This document shows positions 40,751 through 50,082 of a stretch of 64,000 nucleotides of DNA, in pieces. The notes beneath the pieces were generated by a model. The model saw only the letters and a program-made list of their open reading frames with translations. It was not told where the DNA came from and did no database searches. This stretch comes from an uncultured Clostridia bacterium (GTDB lineage: Bacteria > Bacillota > Clostridia > TANB77 > CAG-508), in contig CALYAG010000001.1 in assembly GCA_944393465.1 (NCBI GenBank), positions 1,709 through 65,708 of the forward strand, read 5' to 3'. The translations under genes were made by a program, and so were the position numbers. Positions within the stretch are counted from its first letter, which is position 1. The number at the start of each line of letters is the position of its first letter.

Positions 40751-40779
40751 TTGACAAATATATAAAAAAATATTAAAAT
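40751..40779 (+). promoter_or_regulatory. promoter of the suf operon
   Basis: TTGACA (40751-40756), 17-nt spacer, TAAAAT (40774-40779). Confidence 0.55.
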
Positions 40780-40883
40780 GTTAGACAAGACTAACAAAAA
40801 CGTTGAAAGTCATAAGCAATAACATTTTTCGCAGTAAAAATATTGCTAATAAAAATAAAACTTTCAAAAGAAAAGAGGTAAAA

Positions 40884-41597
40884 ATGCTAGAATTAAAACA
40901 TATAATGTTCGAAAGGGACAATAAAAAAATATTAAATGATATTAATTTAAAGATAGATGCTGGCAAGTTTATTGCAATAACAGGACACAATGGTTCTGGA
41001 AAATCAACACTTGCTAAAATAATTATGGGAATAGAAAAGCAAGACAGTGGACAAGTAATATTTGAAGGACAAGACATCACAAACAAAACTATTGATGAAA
41101 GAGCAAGGATGGGTATAGGTTTTGCATTCCAACAACCAGTAAAATTCAAAGGTATTACAGTACTTGATTTAATAAGACTTTCTGCAAATAAAAAAATGGA
41201 TAGAAGAGAAGCTTGCAGAATATTATCTCAAGTTGGTTTATGTGCCAAAGAATATATAGATAGAGAAGTAAATGATTCTTTATCTGGTGGAGAACTAAAA
41301 AGAATTGAAATAGCACTTCTTGCTGTAAGAGGTTCAAAACTTTGTATATTTGATGAACCAGAGGCAGGAATAGATTTGTGGAGTTTTCAAAACTTAATTC
41401 AAGTATTTGAAGACATACAATCAAGAAAAAATCGTTCAACTTTGATTATATCTCATCAGGAAAGAATATTAAAAATTGCAGATGAAATAATATTAATGAA
41501 AGATGGCGAGATTCAAGAAATAGGAAGACCAGAGGATATTTTAAAAGAAGTAAATGCACAAGTTCCTTGCTGTAAAATACAGTATGATGAGGAATAA
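40884..41597 (+). CDS. sufC: Fe-S cluster assembly ATPase SufC
   Basis: Walker A GHNGSGKST, signature LSGGELKR, Walker B IFDEPEAGID. The ATG at 40884 follows an AAGAGG RBS; the track ORF starts upstream. Confidence 0.9.
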   Translation: MLELKHIMFERDNKKILNDINLKIDAGKFIAITGHNGSGKSTLAKIIMGIEKQDSGQVIFEGQDITNKTIDERARMGIGFAFQQPVKFKGITVLDLIRLSANKKMDRREACRILSQVGLCAKEYIDREVNDSLSGGELKRIEIALLAVRGSKLCIFDEPEAGIDLWSFQNLIQVFEDIQSRKNRSTLIISHQERILKIADEIILMKDGEIQEIGRPEDILKEVNAQVPCCKIQYDEE

Positions 41598-41655
41598 GAA
41601 AAGATTTAAAAAATAGACGAAAGGAGTTTCGTATAATTTATACGAGAAAAAATAA

Positions 41656-42570
41656 ATGCAAAAAATAGAAGAAAATTTATTAGAAACAATTGCAGGTGAT
41701 GATGTAAGAACTGGAGCCTACAATATTAGAGAAAACGGAAAAGGCGTTGAAAGACAAGTAACAGAAAATGTAAAAATAGAAACAAAAAAAGATAAATCAG
41801 GTATAGATATTTATGTAAAAGAAAATACAAAATTTGATATTGTCCACATACCTGTTATCATTACACAAAGTGGGCTTAAAGATGTTGTCTACAATGATTT
41901 TTACATTGGAAAGAATGCAAATGTAGTAATTATTGCAGGTTGCGGAATTCATAATGATGAGCATAATGATACACAGCATGATGGTATACATCGTTTCTTT
42001 TTAGAAGAAGGCGCAAAGGTTAAATATTATGAAAAGCATTATGGAGAAGGTAAAGGCGATGGAAAAAGAATATTAAACCCAGTAACAGAAGTAGAATTAA
42101 AAGAAGGTGCAACCATGGAAATGGAAAGCATTCAAATAAAGGGAGTAGATTCTACTATTAGAGAAACAAAGGGCAAGGTTTATAAAAATGCAAATTTTGT
42201 AGTTACTGAAAAAATACTTACACACAAGGACCAATTAGCCAAAACAATATTTGATGTAGACTTAGAAGACAAAGGTGCAAGTGTAAAAGTAACATCACGT
42301 TCTGTTGCAACAGAACATTCAAAACAAGAATTTGTTTCAAAAGTTGTAGGAAATGCAGAATGTTTTGGACATGTTGAATGTGATGCAATTATAAAAGACC
42401 ATGCAAAAGTAATTTCAACTCCTGAAATAATAGCAAATAATGTAGATGCGAATTTAATACACGAAGCAGCTATCGGAAAAATCGCGGGTGACCAATTAAT
42501 AAAATTAATGACTTTAGGGCTTACAGAAAAAGAAGCTGAAGAAAAAATAATTGAAGGATTTTTGAAATAG
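41656..42570 (+). CDS. sufB: short SufB/SufD-family Fe-S assembly scaffold protein
   Basis: 304 aa. The C-terminus, LIHEAAIGKIAGDQL..LMT.GL.E.EA...I..GF, is typical of SufB/D. It sits in the suf operon. Confidence 0.8.
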   Translation: MQKIEENLLETIAGDDVRTGAYNIRENGKGVERQVTENVKIETKKDKSGIDIYVKENTKFDIVHIPVIITQSGLKDVVYNDFYIGKNANVVIIAGCGIHNDEHNDTQHDGIHRFFLEEGAKVKYYEKHYGEGKGDGKRILNPVTEVELKEGATMEMESIQIKGVDSTIRETKGKVYKNANFVVTEKILTHKDQLAKTIFDVDLEDKGASVKVTSRSVATEHSKQEFVSKVVGNAECFGHVECDAIIKDHAKVISTPEIIANNVDANLIHEAAIGKIAGDQLIKLMTLGLTEKEAEEKIIEGFLK

Positions 42571-42682
42571 AATTCTAAAAATGTAAACAATAATTAACAA
42601 TAAAATAGCACAAAAAATTTAATAAATATATTCAAATAAACCATTTGTTTTACATAAACTATAATATAGGAGTGTAAATCAA

Positions 42683-43966
42683 ATGGCTTATTTTTTTAAA
42701 AAAGATTTTCCATTATTAATGCAAAATAATATTGCTTATTTAGACAGCGCAGCTACAACACAAAAGCCTATGCAAGTTATAAATGCAATTAGTGAATACT
42801 ATAAAAATTCGAACGCAAACCCTCATAGAGGAGCATATAAATTGAGCTTGGAAGCTACAAAAGTGTATGATGAAGCAAGAAAAAAGGTTGCCAAGTTTAT
42901 AAATGCCAAAAGCGAAAAGCAAATAGTATTTACTAGAAATGCAACTGAAAGTTTAAACCTAATAGCATATAGCTATGGGCTAAATAATTTATGTAGCAAA
43001 GATAAAATTGTACTGTCAATAATGGAACATCATTCTAATTTGGTACCATGGCAATATGTTTCAAGAAAGACTGGCGCTAAAATAGAATATATGTATATAA
43101 ATAATGCAGGAGAGATAACAGATGAAGAAATTGATAGCAAAATAGTAGAAGGAACCAAAATTGTAGGAATAACCCATGTGTCAAATGTGCTTGGAACAAT
43201 AAATCCAATAGGAAAAATAATAAAAAAAGCTCATAGTGTTGGGGCTATTTCCATAGTTGATGCATCACAAAGCGTACCACATATGAAAGTAGATGTTCAA
43301 AAGCTTGATGCAGATTTTTTAGTGTTTTCGGGACATAAGATGTTAGCTCCACTTGGAATAGGTGTGATATATGCCAAAAGTGAACTATTAGAAAAAATGA
43401 AACCATTTTTATTTGGTGGAGACATGATAGAGTATGTTTATGAGCAAAATGCTACATTTGCTGAAGTACCTACAAAATACGAAGCTGGTACGCAAAATGT
43501 AGAAGGTGCAGTTGGACTATCTGCAGCAATAGATTATTTGAACAATTTAGAATTAGCAAATTATGAAGGAAATAGTGAGATAAACGATATAAACAAAGTG
43601 AAAAATAGTAAAGTGCTAAAAGGCATGGAAGTAGTGCAAGCAATTGAAAAAGAATTAACAATGTATGCTCTGGAAGAATTACAAAAACTAGCTTTTGTTA
43701 CAATCTATGGCTTTTCAAACAAGCAGGCAGGAGTTATTTCATTTAACGTGGGTGGAGTACATTCCCATGATGTAGCAAGTGTATTAGATAGTGAAAACGT
43801 ATGCGTTAGGTCTGGAAATCATTGTGCACAACCATTGCTTAGATATATGGGATTAGAATCGACATGCAGAGTGAGCTTTTATATTTATAATACAAAAGAA
43901 GATGTAGATAGATTGATAGATGCTTTATATAAAACTAAGAAACTATTTGCTAAGTGGATAAGGTAG
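42683..43966 (+). CDS. sufS: cysteine desulfurase SufS
   Basis: Contains YLDSAATTQKP, the PLP site FSGHKM, and the catalytic Cys in RSGNHCAQP. Confidence 0.9.
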   Translation: MAYFFKKDFPLLMQNNIAYLDSAATTQKPMQVINAISEYYKNSNANPHRGAYKLSLEATKVYDEARKKVAKFINAKSEKQIVFTRNATESLNLIAYSYGLNNLCSKDKIVLSIMEHHSNLVPWQYVSRKTGAKIEYMYINNAGEITDEEIDSKIVEGTKIVGITHVSNVLGTINPIGKIIKKAHSVGAISIVDASQSVPHMKVDVQKLDADFLVFSGHKMLAPLGIGVIYAKSELLEKMKPFLFGGDMIEYVYEQNATFAEVPTKYEAGTQNVEGAVGLSAAIDYLNNLELANYEGNSEINDINKVKNSKVLKGMEVVQAIEKELTMYALEELQKLAFVTIYGFSNKQAGVISFNVGGVHSHDVASVLDSENVCVRSGNHCAQPLLRYMGLESTCRVSFYIYNTKEDVDRLIDALYKTKKLFAKWIR

Positions 43967-44075
43967 TAACAAGAATGAAATTTAACATATGCAATTCATA
44001 AAATTGAATATGTTAGAAAGTATGGGTTATAGGTAAACCCGTAAAACCTAAATAAAAATAAAGGAACGGAATATA

Positions 44076-44501
44076 ATGGATTACTTAGAAGAAGTATATA
44101 CAAATATCATAATGGAACATAGTATAAGTAAAAAAAACAAACATAATTTAATTGAAATAGATAGGAAAGAACACGGGCATAATCCAAGTTGTGGGGATGA
44201 TATTACACTTGAAATAAAATTTGACGGAAATATAATAAAAGATTTATCTTATACAGGATATGGATGTGCAATATCTCAAGGCTCAGCATCCATTATGATA
44301 GATTTATTAAAAGGAAAATCACAAGAAGAAGCGATAAAGCTAATAGATATTTTTTTGAAAATGGTAAATGGAGAAGAAGTAGAAGAAGCGGAGCTCAATA
44401 TGTTAGGAGATGCTAAGTACTTGAAAAGTATTACAAAAATGCCAGCAAGAATAAAATGTGCTAGTTTAGCATGGGAAACAATGAGGAGAATGATGGAGTA
44501 G
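44076..44501 (+). CDS. sufU: SUF-system NifU/SufU-type scaffold
   Basis: Contains NPSCGD, GYGCAIS..S and R..CA.L.W. Confidence 0.85.
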   Translation: MDYLEEVYTNIIMEHSISKKNKHNLIEIDRKEHGHNPSCGDDITLEIKFDGNIIKDLSYTGYGCAISQGSASIMIDLLKGKSQEEAIKLIDIFLKMVNGEEVEEAELNMLGDAKYLKSITKMPARIKCASLAWETMRRMME

Positions 44502-44510
44502 AATTTGTAT

Positions 44511-44618
44511 AAGGTCGCAATTTGCGACCTTAAATAAGAAGTTTCAAGATATTATAAGGTTCCAAATTGTAACCTTAAAGTTAATTATTAAATGTGGTTC
44601 CATTTTGGAACCACATTT
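44511..44618. terminator. three consecutive hairpins after sufU (two are paralogous)
   Basis: Hairpin 1 is aaggtcgca-att-tgcgacctt (44511-44531). Hairpin 2 is taaggtt-ccaaattgt-aacctta (44555-44577). Hairpin 3 is aaatgtggttcc-atttt-ggaaccacattt (44590-44618). Confidence 0.7.
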
Positions 44619-44784
44619 TACATCATAAAAATCTTTAAATCTTAGAAATTTTTATAAAAATACTTGAAATTTTCTTTAATTATCTGTATAATTTATTTGA
44701 CAAAAGAATTTATTTTATGTATAATTATATTTAATAAATCATATAATAATAGTAGAGCAATAGCTTTTTAATTTAATAAGTCCT

Positions 44785-45624
44785 TTATGTGCGAAAGTCA
44801 GCTTCATGCTGTGAGTATTTTTTAATACCTAGCCGTAAAGGGCTTATCTTTTTTATATCAAATGGATTTTTCTTACTGTAAAAATTCTTCCATCCCTTTT
44901 TGTAATCATACAAATCTACAATTAATCCAAATTTTTCTTTCAAAAATTTATAATATCTCATATCATTTTGTAAAAAAGCTCTTTGTACTGCCCAATTACA
45001 ATAATCTACAATTTGTAAGCATACTTCTCCTGATGGTGTTTGTGGTAATATTTTCTGTGTAGAATCAATTGTAGTATTTAATTTGCTTTCGGTATAATTC
45101 AAAGCTTTTTGTATAGCTTGTTCTAGTGGAGCTTGTCTTTTCTTACTTCCTCTAGTTGCTATATAAATATAGTTATTATTAGATAAATGTAATATATTTT
45201 TAAATAAATTTGTTATCAAAGAATCATATAGTTCTTGTGTATTACCATTAAATTTTTTAAAAACATGCTCTGTTTTTCTTGCGACAACAATATTACATGA
45301 AAAAGGTAAATCTTTTAATAAAGTAAAGACTTTATATCTAACCTCAGGACAATCATCTTTTGCATGAAATGATATCCTTGTTTTACTCATAGAAGGTATG
45401 TCTTTTAAATATTCATCATTTAATATTTCATATTTTAATTCATTAAGTTTTTTTCTTAAAAATTCTGGTTCAGTTGTTCTTATAAATCCCATAAGTAATA
45501 TTTTTGACGCTCCATTTTCATGCCCAACAATCCATTCACCTTTTCTATTATAAAAAGTTGTATCTCCGGATTCATCTACAAAAAAGTAATTATTATTATA
45601 TATATTTTCTTTCATATAACTCAT
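44785..45624 (-). CDS. DUF3800 family protein
   Basis: 279 aa with the N-terminal YFFVDESGDT motif characteristic of DUF3800. It contains an in-frame CGG at 44833-44835. Confidence 0.55.
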   Translation of the reverse strand: MSYMKENIYNNNYFFVDESGDTTFYNRKGEWIVGHENGASKILLMGFIRTTEPEFLRKKLNELKYEILNDEYLKDIPSMSKTRISFHAKDDCPEVRYKVFTLLKDLPFSCNIVVARKTEHVFKKFNGNTQELYDSLITNLFKNILHLSNNNYIYIATRGSKKRQAPLEQAIQKALNYTESKLNTTIDSTQKILPQTPSGEVCLQIVDYCNWAVQRAFLQNDMRYYKFLKEKFGLIVDLYDYKKGWKNFYSKKNPFDIKKISPLRLGIKKYSQHEADFRT

Positions 45625-45790
45625 CCTTTCAAATTTATCAGAAAATGTCTGATAGATTCAATTATAACATAGAGGAGAAAATATTTCATTATTTTTTACA
45701 TATTTTGTAAAAAATTTGAACTTTAATACTCCCACAAATGTCTAAAACTACGTATTTTAGGTAATTTTAAAATTTAGTGGGAGTAATTTT

Positions 45791-45866
45791 TGGAGCCACC
45801 AGCGAGAATCGAACTCGCGACCTACAGGTTACGAATCTGTTGCTCTACCAACTGAGCTATAGTGGC
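45791..45866 (-). tRNA. tRNA-Thr (anticodon CGU)
   Basis: Manual fold: GCCACTA-TA-GCTC-AGTTGGTA-GAGC-A-ACAGA-TT-CGT-AA-CCTGT-AGGTC-GCGAG-TTCGATT-CTCGC-TGGTGGC-T-CCA. Confidence 0.9.
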
Positions 45867-45997
45867 ATAAAACAAATATATTATAGTATATAAAATATTT
45901 TAAATCAAGATATTTTTACTTTTAAAATAGATATTTATGTTGAAATTATAAATAAAATAATATAAAATTATTGTAAATGAATATCAGGGAGATAATT

Positions 45998-47008
45998 ATG
46001 CTAAAAGAATTAAAAATAGAATTAACTAATAGATGCTCAAGAAACTGCATACATTGTTCAAGCAGTGCTACTAGTAATGCTAAAAATATTAAAGAGTTAG
46101 AATATGAAGATGTAAAGAAAATAATACTAGAAGCAAAGCAAATGAATGTTACTGATGTGGTATTTACGGGAGGAGAACCACTAAAATATGAAAAGCTAAA
46201 TGATTTAATTAAACTAACAAAAGAATTAGAAATCAATTCTGCAATTTATACATTTGATTATAGGAATGATGAAAACATAAATAAATATAAAAAACTTATT
46301 GATAGTGGACTAAATAAAATAATATATTCGCTAGCAGACAGTTTATCAAACCAAAAAGATTCTTCAACATACACACATATAGAATTTTTTGATAAATTAT
46401 TAAAAAATTCAAATTGTAAATTAGGATTTCATTATACAATTTCAAAAGACTCAATTTCACAAATGCAGACAATAGTAAATGCAACAATGGAAGAATTTCA
46501 TAATAGGAAATATTTCGAAAAAATTAGCTTACTTAGATTTGTTCCACACGGTAAAGGCAGTAAAAATATGGACTTAACTAGAGAAGAATTGAATCAAATA
46601 AAAGACTTTTACTTAGAATCAAAATACAAAGACAAAATAAGGTTAGGAAGTCCTTGGAATTTATTAAATATAAAAAATAGTCCTTGTATTATTGCGGATG
46701 AAATTATGATAATTGGATTTGATGGTATTGCATATCCATGTGATTCTATAAAATATTTTACAAAATTGGGCATTAGTGGGAATATAAAAGAAAATACACT
46801 AAAAGAAATGTATAATTCAGAATACTTTAAATTATTGAGAGAGCTAAATACAGAAAATAGTTGTAAATCATGCAAAGACTATAAAATTTGTAAGAGTGGT
46901 TGTATTGGTCAAAAAATAATTGCAGGATATAATAAAAATGAAGATATATACACAAACTTAAAAAGATGTATTAATTCAAAAGACCCTAAATGCATGAAAA
47001 CAAATTAA
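45998..47008 (+). CDS. radical SAM protein with a SPASM/twitch-like C-terminal Cys cluster
   Basis: Contains CSRNCIHC (CX3CX2C), the GGEPL motif, and C-terminal ...YPCDS...C.SC.DY.IC.SGC. The ATG at 45998 follows an AGGGAG RBS. Confidence 0.8.
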   Translation: MLKELKIELTNRCSRNCIHCSSSATSNAKNIKELEYEDVKKIILEAKQMNVTDVVFTGGEPLKYEKLNDLIKLTKELEINSAIYTFDYRNDENINKYKKLIDSGLNKIIYSLADSLSNQKDSSTYTHIEFFDKLLKNSNCKLGFHYTISKDSISQMQTIVNATMEEFHNRKYFEKISLLRFVPHGKGSKNMDLTREELNQIKDFYLESKYKDKIRLGSPWNLLNIKNSPCIIADEIMIIGFDGIAYPCDSIKYFTKLGISGNIKENTLKEMYNSEYFKLLRELNTENSCKSCKDYKICKSGCIGQKIIAGYNKNEDIYTNLKRCINSKDPKCMKTN

Positions 47009-47020
47009 AAGAGGTATGAA

Positions 47021-47962
47021 ATGAAAAAAAGACAAGAAGTTTATGACTTATATTGGTATTTCGCTTGTGAAAGACAAAATATATTTTTGCGCAAACTTGA
47101 AGGTAAAGAACCACCATGGACAGAAGATGAAATTTTGCAGGAATACAAGTTTTGTAATAGTTATAGAGTAAATGATAGAGTAAGTCAATATTTATTGAAG
47201 AATGTAATATATAATGGAAAAACATATGATAATGATGATAATATTTTTAGAATAATACTATTCAAGTTATTTAACAAAGAGCAAACATGGGGATTATTGT
47301 TAGAAAACATAGGAGACCCTACATTAAAAAATTTCAATAGAAAAACATACTCAGAAGTATTAGAAAAGGCTATATCTAATGGAATAAAAATATATAATGA
47401 TGCATATATATCATGTGCCAATAAAGCATTTGGATTTGATAGAAAACATGATAATCATTTAGCTTTACTACAAAAAATGTTCTTGGAAGACAAAATGCAA
47501 GATAAAATTTTAGAATGCAAAAAAATGAAAGAGGCATTTGAAATTATAGAATCGTATCCTCTAATTGGAGATTTTATGGCATACCAGCTAGTAACAGATA
47601 TTAATTATAGTGAAGTAGTTGATTGGAAAGAAAATGAATTTACAGTAGCAGGACCAGGTTCATTAAGAGGAATAAATAAGTGTTTTATTGACAAAGAGAA
47701 TATGAGTAATGAAGATATTATAAAATATATGTATGAAAACCAAGACAAAGAATTTAAAAGATTGAATTTGAATTTTAAAAGAATAGGAAATCGAGAGCTT
47801 CAGCTAATAGATTGCCAAAATATTTTCTGTGAATTAGACAAATATTGTAGGCAAGCACTTCCAAAATTAAAGTCTAATAGGAAAAAAATCAAAAAGAAGT
47901 ATATACCTAAAACATCTAAAATAGAATATATGTATCCTCCAAAATGGGGAGTGGAATTGTAA
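47021..47962 (+). CDS. putative DNA base hypermodification protein (aGPT-Pplase-like; sometimes annotated 'nucleotide kinase domain-containing')
   Basis: The N-terminal block LYWYFACERQNIFLRKLEGKEPPWTEDEILQEYKFCNSYRVNDRVSQYLLKNVIY matches my recollection of the alpha-glutamyl/putrescinyl thymine pyrophosphorylase superfamily signature (W.F..ER..I.......PWT.D.IL..Y+F.N.YR..DRVSQYL). No P-loop is present. Not verified by search. Confidence 0.45.
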   Translation: MKKRQEVYDLYWYFACERQNIFLRKLEGKEPPWTEDEILQEYKFCNSYRVNDRVSQYLLKNVIYNGKTYDNDDNIFRIILFKLFNKEQTWGLLLENIGDPTLKNFNRKTYSEVLEKAISNGIKIYNDAYISCANKAFGFDRKHDNHLALLQKMFLEDKMQDKILECKKMKEAFEIIESYPLIGDFMAYQLVTDINYSEVVDWKENEFTVAGPGSLRGINKCFIDKENMSNEDIIKYMYENQDKEFKRLNLNFKRIGNRELQLIDCQNIFCELDKYCRQALPKLKSNRKKIKKKYIPKTSKIEYMYPPKWGVEL

Positions 47963-47975
47963 AGGAGAAAAAATT

Positions 47976-48992
47976 ATGGATAATATCAAATGGGGATTTA
48001 TAGGATGCGGAAAAGTAGTAGAAAAGAAAAGCGGTCCAGCTTTTAATACTGCCAATAATAGTTCAATTTATGCAGTAATGAGAAGAAACTTAGACAATGC
48101 AAAAGTTTCAGCTGAAAAATTAGGAGCACAAAAATGGTATGATAATGTAGATGATTTACTTAAAGATAATGAAGTAAATGCTGTATATATTGCAACACCA
48201 CCAGGATTGCATTTAAAGCAAGCCATAAAATGTTGCCAAGCAAAAAAAGCAACATACATAGAAAAGCCTTTTGCTAGAAATTATAAAGAGGCATTAGAAA
48301 TTACTGAAATGTTTGAAAAAGCAGGAGTCCCACTATATATCGCTCATTATAGACGAGCATTACCAAAGTTTGTTAAGATTAAGCGATTATTGGAAGAGGG
48401 TATAATAGGTAAAATATGTGAAGTAGATTTTAGACTTAACAGAAAATATAATAAAGAAGAAATTTTGAATACTTGGCTATATAATACAGAACTTTCAGGC
48501 GGAGGAAAGTTTTATGATATAGCACCCCATTCTATTGATATAATGGTATATTTATTTGGAAAATTTACAAAAATAAATGGAATAGCGACTAATAATAGCA
48601 AAGAATATAATGTAGAAGATGTAGTTGTAATGTCTTTTGAAACAGAAAATGGAGTAATAGGAACAGCAAATTTTAACTCAATTGCATTTGATAAAAAAGA
48701 TAAAATTTTAGTCTATGGAACAAACGGAACAATGGAATTTTCAATGCATGGTAATGATGATATAGTAATAAAAAATGAAAATGGAGAAGAAAAATTACAT
48801 ATTGATAATCCAGATATTATACAAGAAGATATGGTTCATGAAGTAGTAGATTCATTAATTACTGGAAAGCATCTAAATACATGCTCTGGAAGAGAAGCAC
48901 TTGAAACATACAGAATAATTGACGAGGTACTAAATGATTATTATCATGGAAGAGAAGACGAATTTTGGAAAAGGGAAAATACTTGGAATTAA
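47976..48992 (+). CDS. Gfo/Idh/MocA family oxidoreductase
   Basis: Contains the Rossmann motif GFIGCGKV, the EKP motif (YIEKPFA), and the typical alpha/beta C-terminal domain. Confidence 0.85.
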   Translation: MDNIKWGFIGCGKVVEKKSGPAFNTANNSSIYAVMRRNLDNAKVSAEKLGAQKWYDNVDDLLKDNEVNAVYIATPPGLHLKQAIKCCQAKKATYIEKPFARNYKEALEITEMFEKAGVPLYIAHYRRALPKFVKIKRLLEEGIIGKICEVDFRLNRKYNKEEILNTWLYNTELSGGGKFYDIAPHSIDIMVYLFGKFTKINGIATNNSKEYNVEDVVVMSFETENGVIGTANFNSIAFDKKDKILVYGTNGTMEFSMHGNDDIVIKNENGEEKLHIDNPDIIQEDMVHEVVDSLITGKHLNTCSGREALETYRIIDEVLNDYYHGREDEFWKRENTWN

Positions 48993-49080
48993 AAAATAAA
49001 GCTAATTGGATTGAACCAGTTAGCTTTTTACGTTAGCCCTATTTAACAAAAACAATATTACACAGAAAAATCGATTTACC

Positions 49081-49875
49081 CTATTCAGAAAACAACAATT
49101 TCTTCAAATCAAAATAATTATCTCCAATTTCACAAACAATATCAAATTGCTTTCTAATAGCTTCTAATTCAGACTTGTTTTCATCACATAAGAAGCAATT
49201 AGTATAAACATGGTCATGCTTAGATTTATCAACCATTCTTAAATCACTAATTTGGTCACCTAGTAGTAAAACATTTTTTCTATTACTTAATTTTTCTTTT
49301 ATATTATCTGGCAAAGAAACCTCATTTTTATTTAAGCTATGAATAATATTAGTATCTACACCAACAGCGATTCCGTCTTTAAAAATAATTTTGTTACTAC
49401 TAACATAAATATTATCATAGTAGCAACCATTCAAAGTAAGAAAGGCCTCAATAAAATTTCCAATTCCTGCGCTAATAATAATTAATGGGATATTATTATC
49501 ATGTAAAAATTCAATAAATTCTTTAGCACCTGGTCTAAATTCCATTATTCGTAAATCAGTAGCAGCATTATTAAAAATTTCTTCAGTGATTTTGTATTTA
49601 ACAAATAATCCAATATGCTTTTGGTACCATTCCTTCATCTTAGAAGCTTTGTATTCATAATCTAATGATTCATCAACTTCAATAGGCCTGTAATAGTCAT
49701 AAAATCCTTGTCTTTCCTTTTTATATTCTTTTGGAACAAGTGGACTTTCAGATAAAATAGACCATGAAGTTTTACTACTGCCATTTGTTATTGTTCTATC
49801 AAAATCAGCTACAACAAATAAATTAGATAAATCCTTAATAGGAAGAATTTTTCCTATCTCATCTTTGATAATCAT
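49081..49875 (-). CDS. HAD-superfamily hydrolase, pyrimidine 5'-nucleotidase (UMPH-1)-like
   Basis: Contains the DxDxT motif (ADFDRTIT), a cap region, IISAG, and GDQISD. The ATG at 49875 follows an AAGGAG RBS; the track ORF starts at a GTG at 49896. Confidence 0.55.
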   Translation of the reverse strand: MIIKDEIGKILPIKDLSNLFVVADFDRTITNGSSKTSWSILSESPLVPKEYKKERQGFYDYYRPIEVDESLDYEYKASKMKEWYQKHIGLFVKYKITEEIFNNAATDLRIMEFRPGAKEFIEFLHDNNIPLIIISAGIGNFIEAFLTLNGCYYDNIYVSSNKIIFKDGIAVGVDTNIIHSLNKNEVSLPDNIKEKLSNRKNVLLLGDQISDLRMVDKSKHDHVYTNCFLCDENKSELEAIRKQFDIVCEIGDNYFDLKKLLFSE

Positions 49876-50082
49876 TGAGCATTTCTCCTTTAACACCTAT
49901 AATTTCAGTTTAATTATATTATAAACTGAAATGAAAGTAAATATAAGTAAATTACTTTGACTATATAAATATTGAAAAAATAAAAAGTATTTAAACTATT
50001 TACAACTAAAAATTTATTATGATAGAATTCATTTAAGCAATGTTGTTTCAATCAATACAATAATTTGTTATGAGGTGAGGCA

